A DNA stretch of 64,000 bases from an uncultured Erysipelotrichaceae bacterium (GTDB lineage: Bacteria; Bacillota_I; Bacilli_A; RFN20; CAG-826), in NCBI GenBank assembly GCA_900316365.1, contig ONCO01000002.1, positions 9,431 to 73,430 on the forward strand, written 5' to 3'. A program made the translations under genes and the position numbers. The notes under the pieces are model-generated. The model did not search any database, was not told the origin of the DNA, and worked only from the letters and a program-made list of their open reading frames with translations. Positions 35,861 to 44,428 of the stretch are shown one piece after another (the stretch's first letter is position 1; every line of letters begins with the position of its first letter).

Positions 35861-36889
35861 TTATAAGAATAAAGACGCGTCAAATTCAGCGGCGCCTAAG
35901 GCAGTCTGGAATTTGTTCGCATAGGCTCTCGCATCGGCGATATCGGCCTTTTTCTTGAAACCAAGCTTGTTGGTAGCCTGAAGGGTCGGTAAGGAATTGA
36001 CGATGCCGGCGGCGATGCCAAAACGCTGCTCAACGTTGTTTTCGGCGTCCGCAGTCTCGTTTTCGTAGGCGGTTAAGGCCTCTTTCGCGACTTCTGGATG
36101 GTCGACAAGGTTGGCGATGCGGGCTTCGGTCGCATCTAAGAAGCCATTCATCGCAGTTGGATGAGCGCTCATGGTCGCAGAATTGACGAATAAGGCCGCA
36201 GATGGGATCTTCGCACCATCGTGCGCCTTCCCCCATTCCTCCTGCAAATCATAGATGAGATGGAGATTATCGCCCATTTTGCCCTTAAGGGTGGTATAGA
36301 CAGGATCGGCGACGACATAGAAGTCGAAACCATTCGTGGAGATATTGGCGGCAACGTCGCTGACACCGGCTTCAAAGGTAACAGTCTTGCTACCGGTCTC
36401 GGCTTTGGTGCTGGAAAGACCTTTCCAATTCCAAACGTTCTCGGCTAAAGACATGAAGGCTTTGCTGGAGTTGCCGGTTTCGACGAAAGCGTCGATGGTC
36501 CAGGCATTATTCCAAGTCGCGGTTTCTTCTTTGGTGTGGGTTCTGGAAACGACATAGAAGCCAAGTTCGTTGATCCAACGGGAGAAACGCATCTTGGTCT
36601 TGTCAGCGTTCTTCTTAACTAAGTTAAGGCCGCTGACGCCGTCGAAGACGATGGCATCGTAGCTATTGGCCGCAAAGGCAGCTGGGATAACGGAAGCTGG
36701 GGTCGCGGTAGAGAGCCATTTCTCATTCTTGCCCTGGTCATAGAAGGCAAGGGTTGGGGCGCCGGTTGGGGTGACCCAGGTCACGGCGTAATCATCGACC
36801 GCGACGGATGAGGAGGTTTTGACTTCGCTGGTGCCGCAAGAAGCTGCGAGCATAGCAAAAGCCAAAGGAAGTAATAACGACTTTTTCAT
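35861..36889 (-). CDS. ABC transporter substrate-binding lipoprotein (specificity unknown)
   Basis: Signal peptide with lipobox MKKSLLLPLAFAMLAAS-C. Adjacent to the permease. Start taken at the ATG (MKKS) rather than the upstream TTG. Confidence 0.72.
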   Translation of the reverse strand: MKKSLLLPLAFAMLAASCGTSEVKTSSSVAVDDYAVTWVTPTGAPTLAFYDQGKNEKWLSTATPASVIPAAFAANSYDAIVFDGVSGLNLVKKNADKTKMRFSRWINELGFYVVSRTHTKEETATWNNAWTIDAFVETGNSSKAFMSLAENVWNWKGLSSTKAETGSKTVTFEAGVSDVAANISTNGFDFYVVADPVYTTLKGKMGDNLHLIYDLQEEWGKAHDGAKIPSAALFVNSATMSAHPTAMNGFLDATEARIANLVDHPEVAKEALTAYENETADAENNVEQRFGIAAGIVNSLPTLQATNKLGFKKKADIADARAYANKFQTALGAAEFDASLFL

Positions 36890-36893
36890 TTTC

Positions 36894-38096
36894 TTATTCA
36901 AAGATCTCCTGAATGGATTCGCCAAGCATCTCTGGTTTTTTCTCTAAGCCAAAGTTGGCGAGGATGGTAGATCCGATATCCGCGAAAGAAGCGCGTTCAT
37001 CGAGATTTCTGCCGTTTTCAAACGATGGGGAATAGATAAGGAGAGGGACTTTCTCTCTGGTGTGGTCCGTGCCATGGAAGGTCGGATCGTTGCCGTGGTC
37101 GGCGGTGATCATGAGGACGTCATCCTCTCTCATCGCTTTGATGAATTCGCCGACGCGCTTATCTAAGGCCTCTAAACAATGCGCATAGCCTGGGGCATTT
37201 CTCCTGTGTCCGAACTCGGAATCAAATTCGACGAGGTTAACGAAGCAGATGCCTTCCCAATCTTCTTCCTTGGCTTGGCGGATTGCCTCGTCCATGCCTT
37301 CTTCGTTGGTGGCGGTATGGATGGTCTTAGTGATGCCGACGCCGTTGAAGATGTCATAGATCTTGCCGACGGCGGAAACCATTAAGCCTTTCTCCTTTAA
37401 AATGTCGAGCGCGGTTACGCCGGTCGGAGAGACCGTGTAGTCGTGACGATGTGCGCCTACGCGTTTGAAATCGTTTTTGTTGGTTCCAACATAAGGTCTA
37501 GCGATGACACGACCAACGAGATATTCCGGTCGCATGCAGATTTCTCTGGCGATTTCGCAGCAACGATAGAGTTCATCGAGTCCGGTGACCTCTTCGTGGG
37601 CGGCGATCTGTAAGACAGAGTCGGCGGAAGTATAGACGATGAGGGAGTTTTCCTTCATCTGCTGCTCGCCAAGCTCCACAAGGATCGCGGTGCCGCTTGC
37701 GGAATAGTTTCCGATGATTTTGTGGCCGGTTCTCTCCTCTAATTCATCGATGAGCTCCTGTGGAAAGCCCGTATCGGTGAAAGTCTGGAATGGTTTCTGG
37801 GTGTTAACGCCCATCATCTCCCAGTGCCCGGTCATTGTGTCTTTGCCATTGCTCGTTTCCCTTAAGCGGAGGGAATAAGCATTCTTATGATCCTTGATGG
37901 CTTTAACGCCAAGAATGTCATCAAGTTCCCCGATGCCCATAGCCTCCATGAAAGGGACCTTCAAACCACCGACAGATTCGGCGGCATGAGCCCAAGTGTT
38001 GCTGCCAACGTCTCCGAATTTAGCCGCGTCTGGTTCTTCACCAACGCCAGCAGAATCGGCGACGATTACGAAGAAACGTTTGTAATGTTTTGCCAT
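36894..38096 (-). CDS. deoB: phosphopentomutase
   Basis: MAKHYKRFFVIVADSAGVGEEPDA..., metal-binding ADHGNDPT. Start taken at MAKHYKR. Confidence 0.93.
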   Translation of the reverse strand: MAKHYKRFFVIVADSAGVGEEPDAAKFGDVGSNTWAHAAESVGGLKVPFMEAMGIGELDDILGVKAIKDHKNAYSLRLRETSNGKDTMTGHWEMMGVNTQKPFQTFTDTGFPQELIDELEERTGHKIIGNYSASGTAILVELGEQQMKENSLIVYTSADSVLQIAAHEEVTGLDELYRCCEIAREICMRPEYLVGRVIARPYVGTNKNDFKRVGAHRHDYTVSPTGVTALDILKEKGLMVSAVGKIYDIFNGVGITKTIHTATNEEGMDEAIRQAKEEDWEGICFVNLVEFDSEFGHRRNAPGYAHCLEALDKRVGEFIKAMREDDVLMITADHGNDPTFHGTDHTREKVPLLIYSPSFENGRNLDERASFADIGSTILANFGLEKKPEMLGESIQEIFE

Positions 38097-38171
38097 AAAA
38101 GTTTTGCTCCTACGGCCAAAGGCCGTCAAATATGATAGCCCCTAAATGCTCGCTAAAACAACAAAAGTCAT

Positions 38172-39053
38172 TTATCGAGAGCTAAATTTGTCATAGGCGG
38201 AAATAATTCGCCTACTGGATACATGTGTGTATATCTGCGTCGTCGAAAGATGGGCGTGGCCCAACATTTCCTGCACCGCCCTAAGCTCCGCGCCATTTTC
38301 CAGTAAATGTGTAGCGAAACAGTGCCTTAGGGTATGCGGGCTGATATTTACGTCTAAGCCCACTTCTTCGGCGTATTTCTTCACCTGGCGGAAAAAGTAG
38401 ATTCTGCTGATGGGTTTGCCATCGCGGTTAAGGAAGACATATGGCGAAGAGTGTCCTTTGTTCTTCCTTCTCGGCCCATCAAGATAGAGCTTGAGATATT
38501 CGAGGGCAAAATTACCAATCGGCACGGAACGCTGTTTGTTGCCTTTGCCGTTACGGATCGTGATCAATCCGTTTTTCGCATTAATGGAATCCATTCTTAA
38601 GGAACAGAGTTCCGAAACGCGTAAACCGGAGGCATACATTGTCTCAAGCATCGCGCGGTCTCTGATTCCTGAATCCTTATCCATGTTAGGCGCTTCTAAC
38701 AATGATTCGATCTCTTCGCCGGTTAAAACGACAGGAAGCTTTTTAGGTAACTTTGGCCTATCGGTTTTATCTGGGAGATCTGGAATGATTCCTTCTTTGG
38801 CCAAGAAAGAATAAAAACCGATTAAGCAAGAAAGCCTTCTGGCAATCGTCGCCGCGGACATTCCTTCGCCAGACTCTAGCATCACGAAATCATTTGGATC
38901 GCATGGAAGATAATCATCTGTGCTTTTCTTGTTAGGAAAATGCTTAAAGAAGATATCGAGGTCCTCTTTGTAATTGGCGACGGTTACGCGGCTGACGCCT
39001 CGTTCGACGACCAAGTATTGGATATATCTATCAATCGCGTCGCTATTGTCCAT
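38172..39053 (-). CDS. xerD: site-specific tyrosine recombinase XerD (XerC/XerD family)
   Basis: Catalytic ...RVSEL..., HTLRHCFATHLL, LGHAHLSTTQIYTHV. Its position next to deoB matches ripX in Bacillus. Confidence 0.82.
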   Translation of the reverse strand: MDNSDAIDRYIQYLVVERGVSRVTVANYKEDLDIFFKHFPNKKSTDDYLPCDPNDFVMLESGEGMSAATIARRLSCLIGFYSFLAKEGIIPDLPDKTDRPKLPKKLPVVLTGEEIESLLEAPNMDKDSGIRDRAMLETMYASGLRVSELCSLRMDSINAKNGLITIRNGKGNKQRSVPIGNFALEYLKLYLDGPRRKNKGHSSPYVFLNRDGKPISRIYFFRQVKKYAEEVGLDVNISPHTLRHCFATHLLENGAELRAVQEMLGHAHLSTTQIYTHVSSRRIISAYDKFSSR

Positions 39054-40263
39054 TTTTCTTCTCCTTTTTGACGTCAGAGGCTCTTAGTAAAACCTCGCCA
39101 TCGAGTTTGCGGTTTAATTCCGAGATAAGCAGCTTGGTCTTATCCATTTCTTCGTAATCCTCGTAATTCCATAAGGACATCTGGACGGTTTCTTTCTTCG
39201 GGTCTACAAGTTTGCTGAGACTAACACCTATTAATCTAATAGGAAGGCCGATGAAAGATTCCCTATATAAAGAGAGACATTTCTCATAGATTTCATTCGC
39301 GTCATTCGTCCCGTCTTTTATGGTTATCGATTTGCTATGCGTCTTAAAGCCGTTACGTTTCTCGTCGTACTCGGCCTCTTTTACCTGGAATGTTATGGTT
39401 TTGCCAACCAATCCTTGGGCTTTCGCGCGGGCCGATACTTCCTGGCAAAGGCCTAATAAATCCTGAGAAATCGAGGATTCGCTGTCGCAATCCTCCTGGA
39501 GGGTTGTTGAGTTACCAATCGACTGTGGATCGCTTTCTTCGACATGCACTACGTCGCTAGATGTGCCCTCAATCCAGTCTTTAAGGCCGTAATAGAAGGC
39601 GCCGAACATCTTCTTGGTCTCTTCTTCGTCTTGCTTTAATAACGCCGCCAGATCGCCAATTGTATTGATTCCTCTTTGCCTTAATCTTGGGGCGGTTTTC
39701 TTGCCAATTCCCCAGAAAGACTCGATAGGTAATGGGTAAAGAACATTCGGAATATCTCTTTTACGTAAGAAAACTAGGCCCATCGGCTTTTTGAGGTCGC
39801 TCGCCATCTTGGCAAGCCACTTTGTCGGGGCTACCCCTATTGAGCATTTGAGTTTTGTTTCCTCGAATAGCTTGTTCTGGAGATTACGGAAATAACCTTC
39901 TGGATCCGTTACGCCTTTTAAAGCCTTAGTCATATCGACGTAGCATTCGTCGACCGAGGCCATTTCGATAATGCGGCTATATTGGGTAAGGAAGGCGTAA
40001 AAAGATGTCGACATCAAATGATAGAAATGGAAATCCGGCGGGATGATGATCGCGTCCGGGCAGCACTTAGTGGCCTGGAACATCGGTTGTCCAGAGTGAC
40101 AGCCCATTTTTCTCGCCGCATAAGAGGCGGTCGAAACAATGCCGGAACGGCCTTCGTGGCCAATTAAAACCGGCTTTCCCTCCAAGGAAGGATTCTTTAT
40201 TTCCTCGCAACGCACGAAAAAAGCGTTGAGGTCAATGTGCATAATGATCCTTGCCATAGGCAA
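39043..40263 (-). CDS. dinB: DNA polymerase IV (Y family)
   Basis: IMHIDLNAFF, ASVDECYVD, little-finger C-terminal domain. Confidence 0.92.
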   Translation of the reverse strand: MPMARIIMHIDLNAFFVRCEEIKNPSLEGKPVLIGHEGRSGIVSTASYAARKMGCHSGQPMFQATKCCPDAIIIPPDFHFYHLMSTSFYAFLTQYSRIIEMASVDECYVDMTKALKGVTDPEGYFRNLQNKLFEETKLKCSIGVAPTKWLAKMASDLKKPMGLVFLRKRDIPNVLYPLPIESFWGIGKKTAPRLRQRGINTIGDLAALLKQDEEETKKMFGAFYYGLKDWIEGTSSDVVHVEESDPQSIGNSTTLQEDCDSESSISQDLLGLCQEVSARAKAQGLVGKTITFQVKEAEYDEKRNGFKTHSKSITIKDGTNDANEIYEKCLSLYRESFIGLPIRLIGVSLSKLVDPKKETVQMSLWNYEDYEEMDKTKLLISELNRKLDGEVLLRASDVKKEKKNGQ

Positions 40264-40297
40264 ATGATATCACACGTAGAGATTATGTTAACTAAAA

Positions 40298-42037
40298 TCA
40301 GTAGGTGGCTTTGATGAATTCGAGCATCTCTTCAGGGTTTAATCCATAAAGCGATTTCTGTTCCTTGATGCTCATATGGGAAACGAAGTCATTGCCGATG
40401 GCTTTGGCGATGAAGTTTCCTTTGTAACCGGCTTTCATAAGGACGGATCCAAGTTTGGACGCGAAGCCGTTTTCGACTCCGTAAGAGTCATAAACAAGGA
40501 TGTTCTCGTAGCCTAAAAGCTTGGCGACATCGTCTTTATCGAAGGAATTAAGGTAAAGCGGATTAACGTAAGACGCTTCGATGCCATTGGCTTTGAGCAA
40601 GTCATTGAGCTCGCGGCCATCTGGGCCAACGCCGACGAGGATAAGCTTCTTGTTTTCTTTCTCTTCGACGAATCTCCAGCGTCCGAATGGGAGATTCTCC
40701 AAATTGGCGTCTTCCTTATCGAGGAATTCCCTTGGGGCGCGAATAAAGAACACGCCATGTTTGCCTAAGGATTCCTTAGCAAGGGTCAAAGCCTCATTTT
40801 TAGTCGATGGCATCGTGATTACGACGCCCGGGATGGTCATTAAGTAAGCGACATCGTAGATGCCGTTATGGGTGGCGCCAGTCATGCCGATTAAGCCCGC
40901 CCGATCAACGAAAACGGTAATGTTCGCATGTTGTCTCGCACAGTCATGGAGGATTTCGTCATAAGCCCTCTGCATGAAGGTCGAATAGATGGTGACGATT
41001 GGATGGGAACCCGCCAAAGCCATCGCGCTGGCTAAGGTTAAGGCGTGTTCTTCGGCAATGCCGACATCAAAGGTCCTGGTAGGGAACTTTGCAAAGCAAA
41101 CATCGAGGTTAGAGCCTTTTAAAGTGGCCGGAACGATGAGGTTGGTATTCGGATATTTCTCGAGGATTTCCTCGGCCAGATCGGCGCAATAATGGCTCCA
41201 AGAGATCTTGTTTGGATGGAGATCTAATGGTTTGCCGGTCTCGATATCGAATGGGGAGGTCGCGTGCCAATAACCATAATCATCGACTTCGGATGGCGCA
41301 TAGCCCTTGCCTTTCTTGGTCTTGCAGTGAATAAGGACGGTCCTATCGGACTTTTTCGCTTCGGACAAGGCTTCATCCAAGGCTTTTAAGTCGTGGCCAT
41401 CGATTGGGCCAACGTATTTAAAGCCCATATCTTCGTAGAGCTTGGCGACGGAGTCGAATCCGCATTTCTGGAAACCGCCAATAGGCGAAGTGATGGACAT
41501 TTCATTGTCATTAAGGACGATGATGACCTTGCTCTTGGTATAGGAAAGATGGTTAATGGCTTCTAAAGCCAAACCATTCATCACGGCCGCGTCGCCGATG
41601 AGGGCAACTACGTTGTAATCCTCTTTGTTCTGGTCGCGGACGATAGCAAAGCCTTCCGCGGCAGAGATGCTGGTGGAGCTATGGCCGGCAGAGAATGGAT
41701 CAAATGGCGATTCGTTGAGTTTCTGGAATTCAGAAACGCCATCTTTTTGGCCAATTCCCTTTAAGGAACGACCGCTCAAAAGCTTATGAGTATAGCTCTG
41801 GTGACCAACGTCGAAGATGAGTTTGTCATTCGGTAAATCGAAGTTTCTATGGATTGCGACGGTAAGTTCGACGGCGCCGAGATTAGAGGAAAGATGGCCA
41901 CCGTTCTTCGCGGTCGCCTCCACTATTTCCTTACGGATATCGGCGCAAAGCTCGTTTAAAACATCGTAATCAGCGGTTTTAATCTCTGATTCGATTGTTT
42001 TGGAATTTAGCGAGATTTTATCGTGTTTATTCGTCAT
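40298..42037 (-). CDS. dxs: 1-deoxy-D-xylulose-5-phosphate synthase
   Basis: Dxs family (GHLSSNLG, FDVGHQSY, IGDAAVMNG TPP motif). Confidence 0.95.
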   Translation of the reverse strand: MTNKHDKISLNSKTIESEIKTADYDVLNELCADIRKEIVEATAKNGGHLSSNLGAVELTVAIHRNFDLPNDKLIFDVGHQSYTHKLLSGRSLKGIGQKDGVSEFQKLNESPFDPFSAGHSSTSISAAEGFAIVRDQNKEDYNVVALIGDAAVMNGLALEAINHLSYTKSKVIIVLNDNEMSITSPIGGFQKCGFDSVAKLYEDMGFKYVGPIDGHDLKALDEALSEAKKSDRTVLIHCKTKKGKGYAPSEVDDYGYWHATSPFDIETGKPLDLHPNKISWSHYCADLAEEILEKYPNTNLIVPATLKGSNLDVCFAKFPTRTFDVGIAEEHALTLASAMALAGSHPIVTIYSTFMQRAYDEILHDCARQHANITVFVDRAGLIGMTGATHNGIYDVAYLMTIPGVVITMPSTKNEALTLAKESLGKHGVFFIRAPREFLDKEDANLENLPFGRWRFVEEKENKKLILVGVGPDGRELNDLLKANGIEASYVNPLYLNSFDKDDVAKLLGYENILVYDSYGVENGFASKLGSVLMKAGYKGNFIAKAIGNDFVSHMSIKEQKSLYGLNPEEMLEFIKATY

Positions 42038-42042
42038 ATAGA

Positions 42043-42064
42043 AACTACCAATTTAATACTAATT
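42043..42064 (-). repeat. two near copies of AATTAGTAGTT (10/11 and 9/11) filling the xseB-dxs spacer
   Basis: The plus strand reads AACTACCAATT-TAATACTAATT. These 22 nt fill most of the 29-nt spacer. No SD before the dxs ATG. Confidence 0.75.
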
Positions 42065-42066
42065 AA

Positions 42067-42273
42067 TTACTTCTCGATTTCTTGGTACTCACCAAGCTTT
42101 TTCTCGGCTTCCTTAAGTTCGGACTCCAGTTCGGTAATTAGTTTTTTGCCTTCTTCGAAGAGAGCGATGGAGCTTTCGAGAGGCAAAACCTCGTTCTCCA
42201 TTTTGGCAACAATCTCATTGAGACGATTGAGCTTTGTTTCGAAATCAACCTTCTTAGCTGTCATGCTTGCCAT
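42067..42273 (-). CDS. xseB: exodeoxyribonuclease VII small subunit
   Basis: 68 aa. FETKLNRLNEIVAKMEN..LPLE.SI.LFEEG pattern. Overlaps the xseA 3' end. Confidence 0.88.
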   Translation of the reverse strand: MASMTAKKVDFETKLNRLNEIVAKMENEVLPLESSIALFEEGKKLITELESELKEAEKKLGEYQEIEK

Positions 42274-43477
42274 TCTCCACTTTTTTAACCGTAGAAACTA
42301 TTATACCATCTTTGAGTTCGGATACGATATTTGCACCGCATTTTACATCATTTATTGATGTAATAGTCTTCCCGTTCTCATCCTTAAGGATGGAATAACC
42401 ACGATTGAGTACGCCATAAGGCGATAAAGCGCCTAGTCTTCCGCTAAAGGAAGAGATAGAAGACTTCTTCCTTTCGAGACTATTCGCGTAGGCGAGAGTC
42501 AATCTCTCCCCTGCCTGTTCTAAGGCTTTAAGCTGATCTTCATAGATCGACTTAGGATTTAAGAGACATGGCCTATTCTTCAAAGAAGAAAGCCTTTCAT
42601 GATAGTTCTTAAGCTTGCTTCCGTAAACATTAACCAGTCTTTCGCCGGCATTATCGATTTGCTCGAAGATCACGTTCTTATCTGGAACGGCCGCAATCGC
42701 CGCACCTGTTGGGGTCGAAACGCGTTTATCAGCGACGTAATCGGTCAAAGTAACGTCGATTTCATGCCCTACCGCCGAGATGGTCGGGCATTTGCTGCTT
42801 GCTAAGGCACGGACAAGGCTTTCGTCATTAAAGGCCGATAAATCCTCGCTGGAACCACCGCCGCGTCCGATGATAAGAACATCTAAAGGATATTCCTGAG
42901 AAGCCTTAAAAGCCCTTAATAAGTCCTTTGGAGCCTCCGCGCCCTGGACAAGGGACGGGAAGACATAGATATCGACTAACGGCCATCTATTCTGGATATT
43001 CGTAATCATGTCCTTGATGGCTGCGCTGCCTTTCGCTGTAATCAAGCCAATGCTCTTTGGAAATAGCGGCAATCTTCTTTTGCGAGATTCATCGAAAAGT
43101 CCCTCGGCCTGGAGCTTTTTGGCGAGTTCCTTGAGCCTAAGGAGCTCTGCGCCCTGGCCAGAGAGCTGCATGAAGTTAACGTAGATCTGATATTTGCCAG
43201 AGGCTGGGTAAACGCTGCAGGAGCCATGGATCATGACTTCGTCTCCATCCTTTGGACGGAAACTTAAACGCTGGACATAAGTCGCCCACATGACCGCGGA
43301 AACGACGGATTTATCGTCTTTTAAGGAAAAATAAGCGTGTCCGCTTGGGTAAATACGAAAATTCGAAAGCTCGCCTCTAAGGTAAACGTTCTGAAGATCT
43401 GGATCTTCGTCAAATTTGGCCTTGAGGAGCTCATTGAACGTAGTTACGGTCAGGCAAAGTTCCTCGTTTTTATTCAT
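42254..43477 (-). CDS. xseA: exodeoxyribonuclease VII large subunit
   Basis: OB-fold N-terminus (...VYLRGELSNF...SGH.YFSLKD) and an XseA catalytic region (IGRGGGS). Confidence 0.92.
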   Translation of the reverse strand: MNKNEELCLTVTTFNELLKAKFDEDPDLQNVYLRGELSNFRIYPSGHAYFSLKDDKSVVSAVMWATYVQRLSFRPKDGDEVMIHGSCSVYPASGKYQIYVNFMQLSGQGAELLRLKELAKKLQAEGLFDESRKRRLPLFPKSIGLITAKGSAAIKDMITNIQNRWPLVDIYVFPSLVQGAEAPKDLLRAFKASQEYPLDVLIIGRGGGSSEDLSAFNDESLVRALASSKCPTISAVGHEIDVTLTDYVADKRVSTPTGAAIAAVPDKNVIFEQIDNAGERLVNVYGSKLKNYHERLSSLKNRPCLLNPKSIYEDQLKALEQAGERLTLAYANSLERKKSSISSFSGRLGALSPYGVLNRGYSILKDENGKTITSINDVKCGANIVSELKDGIIVSTVKKVENGKHDS

Positions 43478-43926
43478 TTCACCAATACTTTATCAAGGAC
43501 GGCGTTAACAAAGCGATAGTCTTTCGCGTCGAGATAAACTTTTGCAAGGCGGACGGCGATGTCGATGACGACGCCTTTGTCCACTTCTTCAATATGGAAA
43601 TAATGGATATAGCTGAGTAAGAGGATGGCCTGTTCGACGCGGTTAAGGCGATCGAAGGTCCATTTATTCATGTGGGCGTTGAAGACCGGGATGATATCGG
43701 AAAGGTACTTAACGGTATAGACCGCGGCGGCCTTAACGAAATAATCGGCGTTCTCATAGTCAACGTCGGTCAAACCGGAAACAATCGACTGGACGTCGAC
43801 CGGTTCTTTCATATCAAGGTAAGTGAGGATGTCATAGATAGCAAAAAGAGCGATTCTCTGCATTTGGTTTCTCGAGCTATCATTCTCGGGAAGTTCGAAT
43901 TCGTCTTTTTCAAAGATCTGTTCCAT
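43474..43926 (-). CDS. nusB: transcription antitermination factor NusB
   Basis: About 150 aa from MEQIFEKDEF, with strong SD aggagg. NusB-like helices. Upstream of xseA as in Bacillus. Confidence 0.82.
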   Translation of the reverse strand: MEQIFEKDEFELPENDSSRNQMQRIALFAIYDILTYLDMKEPVDVQSIVSGLTDVDYENADYFVKAAAVYTVKYLSDIIPVFNAHMNKWTFDRLNRVEQAILLLSYIHYFHIEEVDKGVVIDIAVRLAKVYLDAKDYRFVNAVLDKVLVK

Positions 43927-44051
43927 GACTCTCCTCCTAGGAGACGGCGTATATACTACCATAAACGAGCCAAGAAGGAAGAGAATAAGCAAAGAATTTT
44001 ATTCTTTTTCTCATTTTTCTCCCCCTCTAGCCGTAAGAAAAGGCCGGCTTT

Positions 44052-44399
44052 TCAGCCGACCTTGACTACTTTGATGTTCACGCTGACAGGTACGGTCTCG
44101 CAGGTGATCTGAATCGCCTTAGCAACCTCTTCCTGAATCTTGGAGCAGATATCCATGACCTTGGCGTCGCTAGAAAGAGCGACTTCGAGGCGGATATCAG
44201 CGATTCCATTGCTCCTGAGGATGATTTTCACCGGGCTGGTCATGAAGAAGGCAGAGAATGCGTTTGTCTTCTTGCGCTGGGCGATGTCGGCCCCAGGGAT
44301 TGCGGCAACCGCCCTCTCGGTTATGCTCTGGAGAGCGGCACGAGAGATGGCCATTTTGCCATTGTGGGAATAGTTTTTGATGAGTACGTAATCAGCCAT
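44052..44399 (-). CDS. Asp23/Gls24-family alkaline shock protein
   Basis: 115 aa. ISRAALQSITERAV...V.V...V pattern of Asp23/YqhY, which precedes nusB in Bacilli. Confidence 0.75.
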   Translation of the reverse strand: MADYVLIKNYSHNGKMAISRAALQSITERAVAAIPGADIAQRKKTNAFSAFFMTSPVKIILRSNGIADIRLEVALSSDAKVMDICSKIQEEVAKAIQITCETVPVSVNIKVVKVG

Positions 44400-44428
44400 G
44401 CATATAGTCTAGCACGATTTGCCGGCTA

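Noticed and set aside
38172-39053. Tyrosine recombinase as a marker of an integrated mobile element
   Set aside because: It has the full XerD-type catalytic motifs and housekeeping neighbours (dinB, deoB). This matches the Bacillus ripX-region synteny. I see no flanking att-like repeats, tRNA or cargo genes.
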